Position numbers and translations under genes: made by a program. 64,000 bases of DNA, from positions 8,600 to 72,599 of the forward strand of contig CALKWV010000076.1 of the NCBI GenBank assembly GCA_938003915.1. Direction: 5' to 3'. The stretch comes from an uncultured Bacillota bacterium. GTDB taxonomy: Bacteria > Bacillota > Clostridia > Caldicoprobacterales > UBA3941. Shown here in pieces: positions 27,607-38,350 of this stretch (positions are counted from its first letter, which is position 1; every line of letters begins with the position of its first letter). A model generated the notes under the pieces. It made no database searches, had not been told where the DNA came from, and saw only the letters and a list, made by a program, of their open reading frames with translations.

Positions 27607-30222
27607 CTACTGCTCCTCGATTTCTTTAGATTTTTCTACTAGCCGATTCAATATATTCATAGCCTCAATAGGAGTTATATTGAGTATATCAATATTTCTA
27701 AGCTCTTCCTCAATTTCAGAGGGCTTAGGTTGGAAAAAGGATAATTGTAGACCATTTTCTTGTACTCCTACAACTTTTCTATCCCTCTGTATATCCACCT
27801 CTTCTAATTTTTCTAAAATATTTGCAGCTCTGTCAATTACTTTTTGGGGCAGCCCAGCCAATCTAGCAATTTGAATTCCTAGGCTTTTTTCAGCCCCTCC
27901 TCTTACAATTTTTCTTAGGAATATAATATCATTACCCTTCTCTTTTACAGTAATATAATAGTTTTTTACACCTTCTAGCTTGCCTTCTAATTCAGTCAGC
28001 TCATGGTAGTGGGTGGCAAATAAAGTTTTACATCCCAAACTCTTTTCCTTGCAAATATATTCTACTACTGCCCACGCAATACTAAGCCCATCGTAAGTAC
28101 TAGTGCCTCTGCCTATCTCATCTAAAATAAGTATACTTTTTGGAGTGGCATTATTAAGTATATTAGCTAATTCACTCATTTCCACCATAAAAGTACTTTG
28201 ACCAGCTGATAGATCATCAGATGCACCTACTCTTGTAAAAATTCTATCCACAACCCCTATGCGTGCCTTGCTAGCAGGTACAAAACTACCAATTTGAGCC
28301 ATTAATACAATTAAGGCCACTTGCCGCATATAGGTACTCTTTCCAGCCATATTAGGTCCGGTTATAATAGCCACCTGATTTTCCCCATTATCTAGGTAGG
28401 TATGATTTGGCACAAAAAGCTCATTGGGCAAGGTTTTCTCTACAACAGGATGGCGTCCGTCTCGAATATCAATTACATCTCCGTCATCAATATGAGGTCT
28501 GACGTAATCATTCTCCTGAGCTACCCGCGCCAGGGACCACAAAGCATCTAATTTGGAAATTATTTGAGCTGTTTTTTGAATCCGCTTTACCTGGCTAGCA
28601 ATCCTTTCTCGAATATCAACAAATAGTTTATATTCTAAATCTATGCTCTTTTCTTCAGCTCCCAAAATGGTATCTTCTATTTCTTTTAGTTCAGGAGTAA
28701 TATATCTTTCTGAATTAGCTAGGGTCTGTTTTCTTATATAATCGTCGGGAACTAGATCATAGTAAGACTTAGTAACATCTATATAATATCCAAAAACCTT
28801 GTTAAAACCAATTTTTAAATTTTTTATTCCTGTTCTTTCTCTCTCTTTTATCTCTAGTTCTGCCAACCAATCTTTTCCTTTGGTCATGGCCAAGCGATAT
28901 TTGTCCAACTGCTCATTATATCCATCTTTAATGATAGAACCTTCTCTCAAGGTTGCAGGTGGATTTTCGGCTATAGAAACTTCTATTAATTCGTAAATAT
29001 CCTCAAGTGTGTCCAATTCCTCATAAAAACTACTAAGTATATTAGATTTAAATTGAGCTAATACTTGCTTTATGTCAGGAAGCATAGCAAGGGATTGTTT
29101 GAGGGATATAAGATCCCTTGCATTGGCATTTCCATAAGAGATCCTGCTTATTAGTCTCTCTAAATCGTAAATCTTTCTTAAATTGAGTCTAAGTTCCTCC
29201 ATAGCTACAGGGTTGTTGTATAACTCTTCTACCCCGTCTAGTCTCTCTATGATAAGGCTTGAATTGATAAGAGGTTGTTGTATCCATTGTCTTATAACCC
29301 GTCCTCCCATGGCTGTATTGGTCTTATCAAGAAGCCAAAGCAAAGATCCCTTCTTAGACTTGCTCCTTATGGTCTCAGTTAGTTCTAAATTTCGGCGAGT
29401 TGCCGGATCCAACAACATGGTTGATTGAGTATGGTAAGGTTTAAGGGCAGTAATATGTTTTAGGGAGTTTTTTTGAGTATCACTTAGATAACTCAATAAT
29501 GCACCAGCTGCACTGATTCCAATAGACATGTGCTCACAGCCAAAACCTTCTAAGGAATATATATTAAAATGATTAATAAGTTTTTGGTAAGCAGTATTAT
29601 ACTCAAAGGCCCATGGATCATAGGGGGTAATAGTAGCATTTATTTTACTATTTTCGATAAACTCAACATCCCTTTCAACATCCTTTTGAATAATTACCTC
29701 ACTTGGTATAATACCCGATATTATATCTGCCACTTTTTCAGGACCTTTTTCCTTTTCTAGAACCTCACAAACATAAAACTCTCCCGTAGATATATCTGCC
29801 CATGACAAACCAAAATTTTCTCCGTCTTTTATGAAAGATAAAATATAGTTGTTGGTTTTTTCATCTAACATGGAGGATTCTAATAAGGTGCCAGGTGTGA
29901 TAACCCTAACCACATCTCGTTCAACAATCCCTTTTGCTTCAGATGGATCCTGTATTTGCTCGCATATAGCTACTTTATATCCTTTTTCAATAAGCTTTGC
30001 TATATAGCCTTCCGCAGAATGATATGGGACTCCGCACATAGGAGCCCTTTCAGGCAATCCACAGTCCCTGCCAGTTAGAGTTATTTCAAGCTCTTTAGAG
30101 GCTATAATTGCATCGTCAAAGAACATTTCATAGAAATCCCCTAATCTAAAAAAAAGAAGAGCATCTTTATACTGCTCTTTAATTTGCATATATTGTTGCA
30201 TCATTGGAGTCAACTTAGACAT
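27607..30222 (-). CDS. mutS: DNA mismatch repair protein MutS
   Basis: TPMMQQY..FFRLGDFYEMF mismatch-binding motif, Walker A GPNMAGKSTYMRQ, and STFMVEM. Confidence 0.97.
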   Translation of the reverse strand: MSKLTPMMQQYMQIKEQYKDALLFFRLGDFYEMFFDDAIIASKELEITLTGRDCGLPERAPMCGVPYHSAEGYIAKLIEKGYKVAICEQIQDPSEAKGIVERDVVRVITPGTLLESSMLDEKTNNYILSFIKDGENFGLSWADISTGEFYVCEVLEKEKGPEKVADIISGIIPSEVIIQKDVERDVEFIENSKINATITPYDPWAFEYNTAYQKLINHFNIYSLEGFGCEHMSIGISAAGALLSYLSDTQKNSLKHITALKPYHTQSTMLLDPATRRNLELTETIRSKSKKGSLLWLLDKTNTAMGGRVIRQWIQQPLINSSLIIERLDGVEELYNNPVAMEELRLNLRKIYDLERLISRISYGNANARDLISLKQSLAMLPDIKQVLAQFKSNILSSFYEELDTLEDIYELIEVSIAENPPATLREGSIIKDGYNEQLDKYRLAMTKGKDWLAELEIKERERTGIKNLKIGFNKVFGYYIDVTKSYYDLVPDDYIRKQTLANSERYITPELKEIEDTILGAEEKSIDLEYKLFVDIRERIASQVKRIQKTAQIISKLDALWSLARVAQENDYVRPHIDDGDVIDIRDGRHPVVEKTLPNELFVPNHTYLDNGENQVAIITGPNMAGKSTYMRQVALIVLMAQIGSFVPASKARIGVVDRIFTRVGASDDLSAGQSTFMVEMSELANILNNATPKSILILDEIGRGTSTYDGLSIAWAVVEYICKEKSLGCKTLFATHYHELTELEGKLEGVKNYYITVKEKGNDIIFLRKIVRGGAEKSLGIQIARLAGLPQKVIDRAANILEKLEEVDIQRDRKVVGVQENGLQLSFFQPKPSEIEEELRNIDILNITPIEAMNILNRLVEKSKEIEEQ

Positions 30223-30253
30223 AGGTATCCTCCCGTTAATATTCTAACCTCAA

Positions 30254-31672
30254 TTATATCATGATTCCTTCAAGGGTCCAAGTTTTTGTATTAGTGATTT
30301 TTACCTTTACTATCTTGCCTGTTACATCATGATCCGCTTCAAAGTTTACTAACTTATTTTGTCGGGTTCTGCCGCTATACATATCATCCTTATTTTTGCT
30401 TAATCCTTCAACTAATACTTCTACAGTACTGCCTAAAGCTTTTGCGTTAATTTCTTTGCTTATCTGATTTTGCAGATCCATGAGAATTTGAAGTCTTTCT
30501 TTTTTTACTTCTTGATCTATCTGTTCATCCATTTTAGCAGCAGGAGTCCCAGTCCTTATAGAATACATAAAGGTAAAGGCTGAATCGTATCTGACTCTTT
30601 TTACAATATCTAAAGTGTCGGCAAAATCCTCTTCAGTCTCTCCCGGGAATCCCACAATAATATCGGTAGTAATAGCAATATTAGGTATATGACGCCTAAT
30701 TTCATCTACTAATTCTAGATAATCTTCTCTAGTATAACGCCTATTCATAAGCTTTAATATCCTATTGCTACCAGATTGAATTGGTAAATGTAAATGTTCA
30801 CATACCTTTTCTGATTCCGCCATGGCCATAATTAAGTCCTTGGTTAAATCTTTAGGATGAGATGTCATAAACCTAATTCGTTCAATACCATTTATTTTAT
30901 TCACGTCTCTTAAGAGATTTGGGAAATAGTAATCAATATCCAAATCCTTTCCATAAGAGTTTACGTTTTGACCTAGTAAAGTAACCTCTTTGTAGCCTTC
31001 ATCAGCTAAATTTCTTATCTCATCCAAAATATCTGAAGGTTTTCTGCTTCTCTCTCTTCCTCTAACGTATGGAACTATACAATAGGTGCAAAAGTTGTTA
31101 CATCCATACATAATAGTTGTCCATGCAGACACTCCCAAATCCCTTTTAATTGGCACATCCTCCACTATACGCCCCTGCTCATCCAAAATTTCTACTACTG
31201 TTTGCTGGGAATCCATAGCTTGCAATAGAAGCTTTGGAAAATGGTGCAAATTGTGTGTACCAAAGATTAAATCTACAAAAGGAAATTTCTTGGTTATAAC
31301 AGTTGCCACTTCGTCCTGCTGCATCATGCAGCCACATACCCCGATTATGAGGTTAGGATTTCGCTGTTTATAAGGATATAGGGCTCCAACGTTACCGTAG
31401 ACTCTTAACTCTGCATTTTCTCTTACACAACAAGTATTAAAGAGAATTAGATCTGCATCAGATTGCTCAGCAGTTTCGGTATATCCCATGGCTTCCAACA
31501 TACCAGCCAATTTTTCTGAATCATGGACATTCATTTGGCAGCCATAAGTTACAATATGATATTTAAGGTTTTTACCTTTTATTAGCTTATTTATCTCATC
31601 TATATATTTCTCTTGTTCTTTAATTTCGTCTATAGATATATCTAAAACTTTTCTGCTCAAGATTTTCTCCAC
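30254..31672 (-). CDS. miaB: tRNA-i6A37 methylthiotransferase MiaB
   Basis: UPF0004 N-domain cysteines (TYGCQMN), radical-SAM CNNFCTYC and a TRAM C-terminus. The start is possibly TTG 31660, with AAGGTGGAG 6 nt upstream. Confidence 0.93.
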   Translation of the reverse strand: MEKILSRKVLDISIDEIKEQEKYIDEINKLIKGKNLKYHIVTYGCQMNVHDSEKLAGMLEAMGYTETAEQSDADLILFNTCCVRENAELRVYGNVGALYPYKQRNPNLIIGVCGCMMQQDEVATVITKKFPFVDLIFGTHNLHHFPKLLLQAMDSQQTVVEILDEQGRIVEDVPIKRDLGVSAWTTIMYGCNNFCTYCIVPYVRGRERSRKPSDILDEIRNLADEGYKEVTLLGQNVNSYGKDLDIDYYFPNLLRDVNKINGIERIRFMTSHPKDLTKDLIMAMAESEKVCEHLHLPIQSGSNRILKLMNRRYTREDYLELVDEIRRHIPNIAITTDIIVGFPGETEEDFADTLDIVKRVRYDSAFTFMYSIRTGTPAAKMDEQIDQEVKKERLQILMDLQNQISKEINAKALGSTVEVLVEGLSKNKDDMYSGRTRQNKLVNFEADHDVTGKIVKVKITNTKTWTLEGIMI

Positions 31673-31709
31673 CTTTAAGATTCATATTTTTATATTTTTG
31701 ATACACAAT

Positions 31710-31739
31710 ATTATAGTAGCAAGTGCATAATTTGTCCAA
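31710..31739 (-). promoter_or_regulatory. candidate sigma-A promoter of the miaB-mutSL-miaA-hfq operon
   Basis: On the minus strand: TTGGAC, 18 nt, TATAAT. Confidence 0.5.
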
Positions 31740-31789
31740 TGTTTTGGATTAAAGAAATTATAATAAAAAATAAACGAGAGGTAGATAAA

Positions 31790-32005
31790 ATGTTTTCAAA
31801 AACTACCCTAATGGAATACATAAAAACCATAGTTACCAATTATACTGCTGCTCTTTTTATTTTTTTTAGTATTGCCCTATTTCTTTTCTATAAAATAGAG
31901 CTTTATCAAAAAGAATTTCCTAAAGAAACAACAATAGCAAAATTCGGTGCCATCTTATATGCTGGAGTAGGAATTGGACTACTTATAGCAAAATTATTTC
32001 TTTAA
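31790..32005 (+). CDS. small two-TM membrane protein, unknown function
   Basis: 71 aa from ATG 31790 (GAGAGG upstream) with two hydrophobic helices. The ORF track begins at 31739. Confidence 0.4.
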   Translation: MFSKTTLMEYIKTIVTNYTAALFIFFSIALFLFYKIELYQKEFPKETTIAKFGAILYAGVGIGLLIAKLFL

Positions 32006-32026
32006 GTATATAGTAGGCTAAAAAAA

Positions 32027-33157
32027 TTAGGGCTCAATGGTCCCTATTCTTCTAATTTTAACATCTACATCCACATCTAGCTCCACGGTTTTGAAGAGTT
32101 CATCCCACTGGTCTTTATGTTCTTTCCAAAACTTTGGATAATAACCTTCTATCTGTCCATTTATGTCAAAATTATCTGTCATATAAACATCTCTACCTTT
32201 TTTAAATACAGAATTTATGTTGTTTCGTATATCTTCTTCTAAGGCTTTTTTCCACTCTTCCATTAAATTCTCTGTTAATGGCACTGATGGAGTATTTTCT
32301 ATTTCATTTATGTCACCTTCAATGTTTATTTCAAGCTTTAAAGTTATATCATCACCTTCAATTACTGGTTTGGCAGTTGATCTAATATTATAGGCATTAA
32401 GGGTTATACTACCTCCTGCTTCCTTAGGTAATTCAACAGTGTGGTAATCCTGCGTTATTTCTCCTAATATAAAGCGTAACCATGTCACTTCCTCTCCAGT
32501 ATACCATCCCACTAGTTTATAATCTTTAAAAACCCCTGCTCCTGACACCTGTGCTATATCATCTTTTACAATCACCCTAGCCAATCCAATATCCGAGCCT
32601 CTAATAAAATTTCGATAGAGATAGCGCAAATCTTGAAAAGGAAAAACATCTGAGTTGTTTATAGAATTTTGGGTTATTATTTGATCTATAACCATGGCCG
32701 ATGATGGCCCCATGGCAGGTTCTAAATTTAATACATCTTTTGCTTGTCCTTGAGCCACACATATAGATGTAACTTTACGCAACTGTCTTTCCCTAAACAG
32801 AAAATCTAGACTATCTTTAATGCCTCTTTTTGCATACTTTTCACCAAAAACTATAAGTTTGCAATGAGCAAAATTAGGCACACTATCAAAATAGCTTAAT
32901 AAGCTATTGGTGGCATCAGCAAAGCTTTTTCCAGTTATACTAATTTGATGGGTAGATTTACTTTTCTCACCGCCTTCTCCCTTAAAAGCATCTAACAATG
33001 CAATCTGGTAGGTTAATAAAATGTTATCATTATCATCTAAATCTATGCCTAATCCTATAATGAAAGCATTGCGTTCTATCTCCACACGATCCCAGCATCC
33101 TGATATAGTTAATAAACAAAAAGCTATAAGAAATAACACGAAAATTTTTTTATGCAT
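32027..33157 (-). CDS. Ger(x)C-family germinant receptor lipoprotein
   Basis: Has a lipobox (LLTISGC) after a signal peptide. It is the third gene of a gerA-type operon. ATG 33157 overlaps the end of the B subunit gene. Confidence 0.85.
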   Translation of the reverse strand: MHKKIFVLFLIAFCLLTISGCWDRVEIERNAFIIGLGIDLDDNDNILLTYQIALLDAFKGEGGEKSKSTHQISITGKSFADATNSLLSYFDSVPNFAHCKLIVFGEKYAKRGIKDSLDFLFRERQLRKVTSICVAQGQAKDVLNLEPAMGPSSAMVIDQIITQNSINNSDVFPFQDLRYLYRNFIRGSDIGLARVIVKDDIAQVSGAGVFKDYKLVGWYTGEEVTWLRFILGEITQDYHTVELPKEAGGSITLNAYNIRSTAKPVIEGDDITLKLEINIEGDINEIENTPSVPLTENLMEEWKKALEEDIRNNINSVFKKGRDVYMTDNFDINGQIEGYYPKFWKEHKDQWDELFKTVELDVDVDVKIRRIGTIEP

Positions 33158-34250
33158 TTTTCCTCTCCCTCTTCCCACCAGATATCCATGCTAAAAACAG
33201 CATACCTACTATAATAATTGAAACACCTAGACCTATATAACCAGTGATGGAAGAAAACCTTCTTATTTCCATAAGATTCTGAGGAAGTATTGCCAATATG
33301 TAGACTATAGGGGTTAAAATATATACAAAAGGCTTATAATGCTTAAGTCCAAAAAGGCGTACTGTAGTAAATGAAGACATGTAAAATGAATTTCCAATAG
33401 TAGTAAAGGCTGCTAATATCCACAATACAGCAATAAAAATATCAAATCTTTCAGCAAAGGCCCCTGGAAAAGTAATTCCTTCCGCTAATGATATGGTAGG
33501 ATAATTCAGATTTTGGGTAGTCTCTAAACCAAAAACCCCAATAGTGATTGCTACCAATATTGTGTATAAAATAGTTGGTATACCTGTACCTATAATCGTA
33601 TATGGAATGACTTTTTTATGATCATTTAGAAAGGGTATCACTAAAAAAATAATTTCATAACCTTGAAAAGCTATAACCAGGTCAGGTATTCCCTTTATTA
33701 TTAGTCTAAAGTTTGGAATAAGTGTTGGTCTAAGGTTAACAAATTTAAAATTACTACCGCTTAAGACTATAACTAGTGCTAACGATAATATAATTATTGG
33801 TAGAAATAGCTCTGTTACCTTTGCTACACTATTGATTCCATTTGTAACCATATAAACTACTGTTAGCAACATGGAAATCATTATAATCTCCAAAGGAGTA
33901 TTCTTTAGCAGTAATCCTTTTAATGCATCTGAAAAATCCCTTAAAACAACACTAGCCACAATAATAAAATAAAAAGTAACTAATGCACCAAATAGTTTAC
34001 CCAAAACTTTACCTAAGATTAAAGTAGAATATTCCATAATGGTCTGGTTATGGAATCGTTTACCCAAAATAGCCATGGCCACGGCAATAACTATGGTCAA
34101 AACACCGCTTATAAGCGTGGAATAGACCGCTCCTTCTTCCGCTGATACAGCAGCCAATTTAGGCAGCCTTACAACTATTACTCCTATCATTGTAGAAATA
34201 ATCAATGACGAATATTGAATATAACTTAATCTACCTTGTTTCCTAGTCAT
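33150..34250 (-). CDS. germinant receptor B subunit (spore germination permease, APC-like)
   Basis: About 10 TMs. SYIQYSSLIISTMIGVIVV is a typical GerAB/GerKB start. ATG 34250 has AGGAGGGG upstream and overlaps the A-subunit stop by 8 nt. Confidence 0.85.
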   Translation of the reverse strand: MTRKQGRLSYIQYSSLIISTMIGVIVVRLPKLAAVSAEEGAVYSTLISGVLTIVIAVAMAILGKRFHNQTIMEYSTLILGKVLGKLFGALVTFYFIIVASVVLRDFSDALKGLLLKNTPLEIIMISMLLTVVYMVTNGINSVAKVTELFLPIIILSLALVIVLSGSNFKFVNLRPTLIPNFRLIIKGIPDLVIAFQGYEIIFLVIPFLNDHKKVIPYTIIGTGIPTILYTILVAITIGVFGLETTQNLNYPTISLAEGITFPGAFAERFDIFIAVLWILAAFTTIGNSFYMSSFTTVRLFGLKHYKPFVYILTPIVYILAILPQNLMEIRRFSSITGYIGLGVSIIIVGMLFLAWISGGKRERKNA

Positions 34251-35847
34251 TTTTCCCCTCCTTATAAGAATCCTGATCCATTCTATCAATATCTATGGGG
34301 TTAATACTAATTGGACGTCTCCACAATAAGTGACGTGGAAGTCGCATAATCCAATCTCTAGTGTCTTGTGGAACAAAGGGAGATTGGGGAGTCATATAAT
34401 CAAAACCAAAACTTTTTAGATTAGCTAAATGAATGTTTATCAATATAAAACCTAGAGCTACTCCATAAAGTCCTAAGGTAGCTGCTAAAATCATAAGCGG
34501 GAAACGAATAAGTCTTAAAGCAATAGCTGCACTGTAAGTGGGTATAATAAAGGAAGCTACGGCAGTAATAGCTACCAATAATACCATAGAGGGACTGGTT
34601 ATTCCTGCTCTTATTGCAGCATCACCGATAATTATACCTCCGATTATACCTATAGTTTGGCCAATTGCTTTTGGTAGTCTGGCTCCCGATTCCCTCAGTA
34701 GTTCAATTGTAATTTCCATAAGAAAAACTTCTATAAATACTGGAAAAGGTATCTGCATCCTATTTGCTGCAACAGCTAAAGCCAAGGGAGTAGGTAAAAA
34801 TCCTGGATGATAGGTTACAACTGCTATGTACAACGAAGGCACAAAAGCAGCTAATAATGAAGCAACCCATCGGATGGCTCTCAGAAAAGAACCAATAATC
34901 CATCTGTCATAATAATCCTCTGGAGATTGAATAAATTGATACAAGCCAGAGGGGACAATGAGTGCAAAGGGACTATGATCCACAAGAATAGCCACTCTTC
35001 CCTCCATAATATTGGACATAGTGACATCAGGTCTTTCGGTGATTTGTACTTGTGGAAAAGGAGATAAATAATTATCCTGAATCCACTGTTCTATTTGACC
35101 AGTTTCCATTATCTCATCTACATCTATCTGATTTAGACGTTTCTCTACTTCTTTTATTAACTCGGGATTGGTGATTCCTTTGATATAAATATAAGACACG
35201 TCAGTTTTGCTTCTTCGACCTAGTTGAATAGTTTTTATTACCATATTAGGATCCTTGCATTTCCTTCTCAATAAAGCAGTATTAACTCTTAAGGTCTCAG
35301 TAAATGCATCCTTAGGACCTCTAATTGATCCTTCAGTGTCAGGCTGTGACACTCCTCTAGCAGGCCACCCTCTGGCATTAAGCACAAGAATTTTATTAGA
35401 GCCTTCTACTATGAGAGCAACTTCTCCTGACATGACAAGGAGCATGGACCGGTCTAATGTAGCAGCCTCTTTGATCTCCCCTATAGCTACAGCACTCTCT
35501 TTTACAAATTCATAGGCATTATTTTTATCAACAGCCTCATCCATAGTTTTTTCTAGCAAGGTTATCTCATACATCAGGGGTTTTAAAATGTACTCATTAA
35601 TTACAGCATTATTAACTAGTCCATCTATATAAATAAGGGCACAGGGAATACCCTGAGAACCCAATTTAAACTCCCTAAAAACCGCATCAGAACTATCCTC
35701 AAGAAAAGCTTTAAATTTCTCTAAATTTTCCTCAACTGTGTCTGAAAGGGTTAAATCCACCTTCTCCTCAGCCTTTAACTGGGACGATTGCCTTTCTTGT
35801 ATTTTTTCTAAGTTTTTAGGATTTTTATCTTTCTTGATAATCCTCAT
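34243..35847 (-). CDS. germinant receptor A subunit (GerA/GerKA family)
   Basis: A soluble N-domain is followed by a membrane C-domain with the family motif PFPVFIEVFLMEITIELLRESG. ATG 35847 (MRIIKKDK) has GGTGGAGG upstream. Confidence 0.88.
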   Translation of the reverse strand: MRIIKKDKNPKNLEKIQERQSSQLKAEEKVDLTLSDTVEENLEKFKAFLEDSSDAVFREFKLGSQGIPCALIYIDGLVNNAVINEYILKPLMYEITLLEKTMDEAVDKNNAYEFVKESAVAIGEIKEAATLDRSMLLVMSGEVALIVEGSNKILVLNARGWPARGVSQPDTEGSIRGPKDAFTETLRVNTALLRRKCKDPNMVIKTIQLGRRSKTDVSYIYIKGITNPELIKEVEKRLNQIDVDEIMETGQIEQWIQDNYLSPFPQVQITERPDVTMSNIMEGRVAILVDHSPFALIVPSGLYQFIQSPEDYYDRWIIGSFLRAIRWVASLLAAFVPSLYIAVVTYHPGFLPTPLALAVAANRMQIPFPVFIEVFLMEITIELLRESGARLPKAIGQTIGIIGGIIIGDAAIRAGITSPSMVLLVAITAVASFIIPTYSAAIALRLIRFPLMILAATLGLYGVALGFILINIHLANLKSFGFDYMTPQSPFVPQDTRDWIMRLPRHLLWRRPISINPIDIDRMDQDSYKEGKND

Positions 35848-35940
35848 ACAGCCTCCACCTAATCTTTCTACAAAAAATTCTATAATTAGGTTACACAAAA
35901 AAGTAGCATTTATTCAAATCGTCATAAGTTCCATTGTTAT

Positions 35941-35983
35941 AAAAACAAAAGGACAGTAAACATATAAAATGCTTACCGTCCTT
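35941..35983 (-). terminator. rho-independent terminator after the DUF1015 gene
   Basis: On the minus strand: AAGGACGGTAA-13 nt-TTACTGTCCTT followed by TTGTTTTT. Confidence 0.75.
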
Positions 35984-36026
35984 TATAATTTAATCCTTAC
36001 ATTATAAATATTAGCATAGCTAATCG

Positions 36027-37358
36027 TTAACAAAACTTATTAAATACCAAACCGGTTATAAGCTTGGGATAGAAATAGGTAGATTTTTGTGGCATTTTTT
36101 CATTAGCTAGAGAAACATCTTGAATTTGCTTAACTGTAGTGGGTGACATAAAGAAAGTCATCTGCTGATTCCCTTTTTCTACCTCATTTATTCCTTCAGT
36201 TATACTATGGGTATATTCAAGATTCTTTTGTTCAGCTAGCTCCTTTTCCCCAATGCCAAGAAGTTCATTAAGAATAAGGGTATGTAAAATAGATACATCT
36301 AAATTCAGATAGGAGCTATGCCGGTTAGGATGATATTCCTTCATCACTTCTACAGACTTAAGGGATAAACTATAAAGGGATTGTCTCTCACCTGAATAAA
36401 GTACAAAAGTGTGCAGCCCCATTTTGTCTAAGATATCTTGAATAGTTTGATGTTTTTTAGCAGTTGAATAGTTTTCAACTTTATATTCCTCTACAATAAA
36501 ATTTTTATTTAGCTGCTTTAATAGGGAATCAAGATCAAAATCCCTAATATTATTTACCATTCGATGGGTGGGTAGCACTACAAGACCTGGATCCTTCATA
36601 TCTACCAAGGTCATCATTACATAATTATATAATTCCTCTCCTGTATGATTTGGATTTTTACCTTTTAGTTCATCTCTATAGGCCAAAGCGGTCTCGTAGC
36701 GGTGATGCCCGTCAGCAATATATATTTTCTTTCCCTGAAAAACTTCGCTTATCTTTTGTGTAAATTCAACATTATCTACAATCCAAATCCGCTCAATGCT
36801 TCCCACAACAGAATCTTCCAAAACAATATCAGGTTCATGCTTAGTAGAATAGTCTTTAATAAGGGTAGGAATCTTTTGTTCAGTGTCATCATAAAGTCCA
36901 AAAACCTGGCTAAAATTGGCATTGCATGCCCTCATAAGCTGTAAGCGATCAGCTTTTGGCTTAGATAAGGTGTTTTCATGGGGAAGTATAATTCCTTTAG
37001 AAAATTCCTCTAATCTTACCAACCCAATAATACCCGTTCTAGTATAGGTCTTTTTATTCTCTATCTGAAATTCCTGCTGATATATATAAAAACTATCCTG
37101 CTTTTCTCTAAGCAATACCTTTTGATCTAGCCACTCCTGAAGAGTTTGTCCTGCCCTGGTATATTTATTGTGTTCCTCATTATCTCCCGGAAGTTCCTTT
37201 GGAAGCTCCAGGCGGATAGAATTATAAGGACTAAGATTATAGAAATATTCTTGTTCTTCTTTGGAAATAATATCATATGGAGGAGTAGTTACTTTTGAAA
37301 CATCGCCTACAACGTCAAGATTATACCTTAGCCCTTTAAATGGTATAACTTCTGCCAT
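36027..37358 (-). CDS. DUF1015 family protein
   Basis: MAEVIPFKGLRYN start and IADGHHRYETA motif, as in DUF1015 proteins of unknown function. Confidence 0.8.
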   Translation of the reverse strand: MAEVIPFKGLRYNLDVVGDVSKVTTPPYDIISKEEQEYFYNLSPYNSIRLELPKELPGDNEEHNKYTRAGQTLQEWLDQKVLLREKQDSFYIYQQEFQIENKKTYTRTGIIGLVRLEEFSKGIILPHENTLSKPKADRLQLMRACNANFSQVFGLYDDTEQKIPTLIKDYSTKHEPDIVLEDSVVGSIERIWIVDNVEFTQKISEVFQGKKIYIADGHHRYETALAYRDELKGKNPNHTGEELYNYVMMTLVDMKDPGLVVLPTHRMVNNIRDFDLDSLLKQLNKNFIVEEYKVENYSTAKKHQTIQDILDKMGLHTFVLYSGERQSLYSLSLKSVEVMKEYHPNRHSSYLNLDVSILHTLILNELLGIGEKELAEQKNLEYTHSITEGINEVEKGNQQMTFFMSPTTVKQIQDVSLANEKMPQKSTYFYPKLITGLVFNKFC

Positions 37359-37410
37359 TATAAGACGCCCCTTTCTTCATAAATACAGCAATACTGCCAT
37401 TGTTTACACA

Positions 37411-37439
37411 ATTTTATATTATTTCGGAAGAATCGTCAA
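37411..37439 (-). promoter_or_regulatory. sigma-A-type promoter of the DUF1015 gene
   Basis: On the minus strand: TTGACG, 17 nt, TAAAAT. Confidence 0.65.
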
Positions 37440-37459
37440 TATTAAGGCAGGACTTTAGA

Positions 37460-38065
37460 TTATGCTTCTAAATCTTTTAGATTATTAAGATAATCTATTA
37501 GGTCTGAAGCCTCTTTTTTAGATAGATATTTACTATCAGTTTTTTGATATCTATTTTGTATTATATCCCTCATTTCCTCTTCAGTTAAGGCTAGAGAATT
37601 ATATATGGCATATATTGCTCTTTTCTGAGCATCAGTAATGGGATCACTCTGTTCTGAACTTCTATTAACAGGGCTATCTGCAATTCTCTCTCCTTCTTCT
37701 AACTCAGGTGCAAACTGGGTTCCATAGCCTAAAGCTGCGAGGGCTCTTCCATAGGCCTTGGTATACGCTTTCTCAATGTAATCAGGGAAATCCTCCCCTG
37801 TTTCTGAACCTACTCCTACTTCTATATTCCCTTTACTATCCGTTACTTGGAGCTCAAAATATGCAAAGCGGTTATGAATATCTATAATCTTATCCAAAAC
37901 AATGGTTTGTGTATTTTCCTTATTATTCTCACGAAACCAAACCATTCGCCATTTTACTTCTAAATAATCTGCATATTGAGTTTCCCATGTATTAGTCCTT
38001 GGATTTCTTCTCCTTAAAGGTAGCTTCGTCAGATGTTCCTCAGGATTAAAAGCTTTTGTTGTCAT
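37460..38065 (-). CDS. hypothetical protein, possible Rad52/Sak-like single-strand annealing domain plus helical C-terminal module
   Basis: 201 aa. YADYLEVKWRMVWFRE, then beta-rich segments, then EKAYTKAYGRALAALGYG resemble the Rad52/DUF1071 core as I recognise it. This call is unverified. Confidence 0.35.
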   Translation of the reverse strand: MTTKAFNPEEHLTKLPLRRRNPRTNTWETQYADYLEVKWRMVWFRENNKENTQTIVLDKIIDIHNRFAYFELQVTDSKGNIEVGVGSETGEDFPDYIEKAYTKAYGRALAALGYGTQFAPELEEGERIADSPVNRSSEQSDPITDAQKRAIYAIYNSLALTEEEMRDIIQNRYQKTDSKYLSKKEASDLIDYLNNLKDLEA

Positions 38066-38350
38066 AGTCTCAAACCCCTTTATAATTTATTAACTTTATA
38101 TAAAACTTTAAAATTTAGATTTTATTTTTATTATGTGTTAAAATACAAAAAATATCTTTATGATATTTTGGTAAAATCATTTTACTTGAAATATATGGCC
38201 CAATTAAACCGTGGTTAGACAGAATCTAACACATGAAACATCAAGTATATTGACGTATAATATACAATATGTTACTTTAACTTATATAATTGGATTGAAT
38301 AGTAAAAGATGCTGTAAATGTATTAATATATTAAGCTAGAGGTGAAAAAT

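Noticed and set aside
38066-38341. The 275-bp AT-rich gap upstream of azlC was checked for a T-box or riboswitch, since this is a branched-chain amino acid transporter.
   Set aside because: There is only a short hairpin (GTTAGA-cagaa-TCTAAC) and -10-like TGnTAAAAT elements. I could see no T-box (GGTGGTACCGCG-like) or other recognisable RNA motif.
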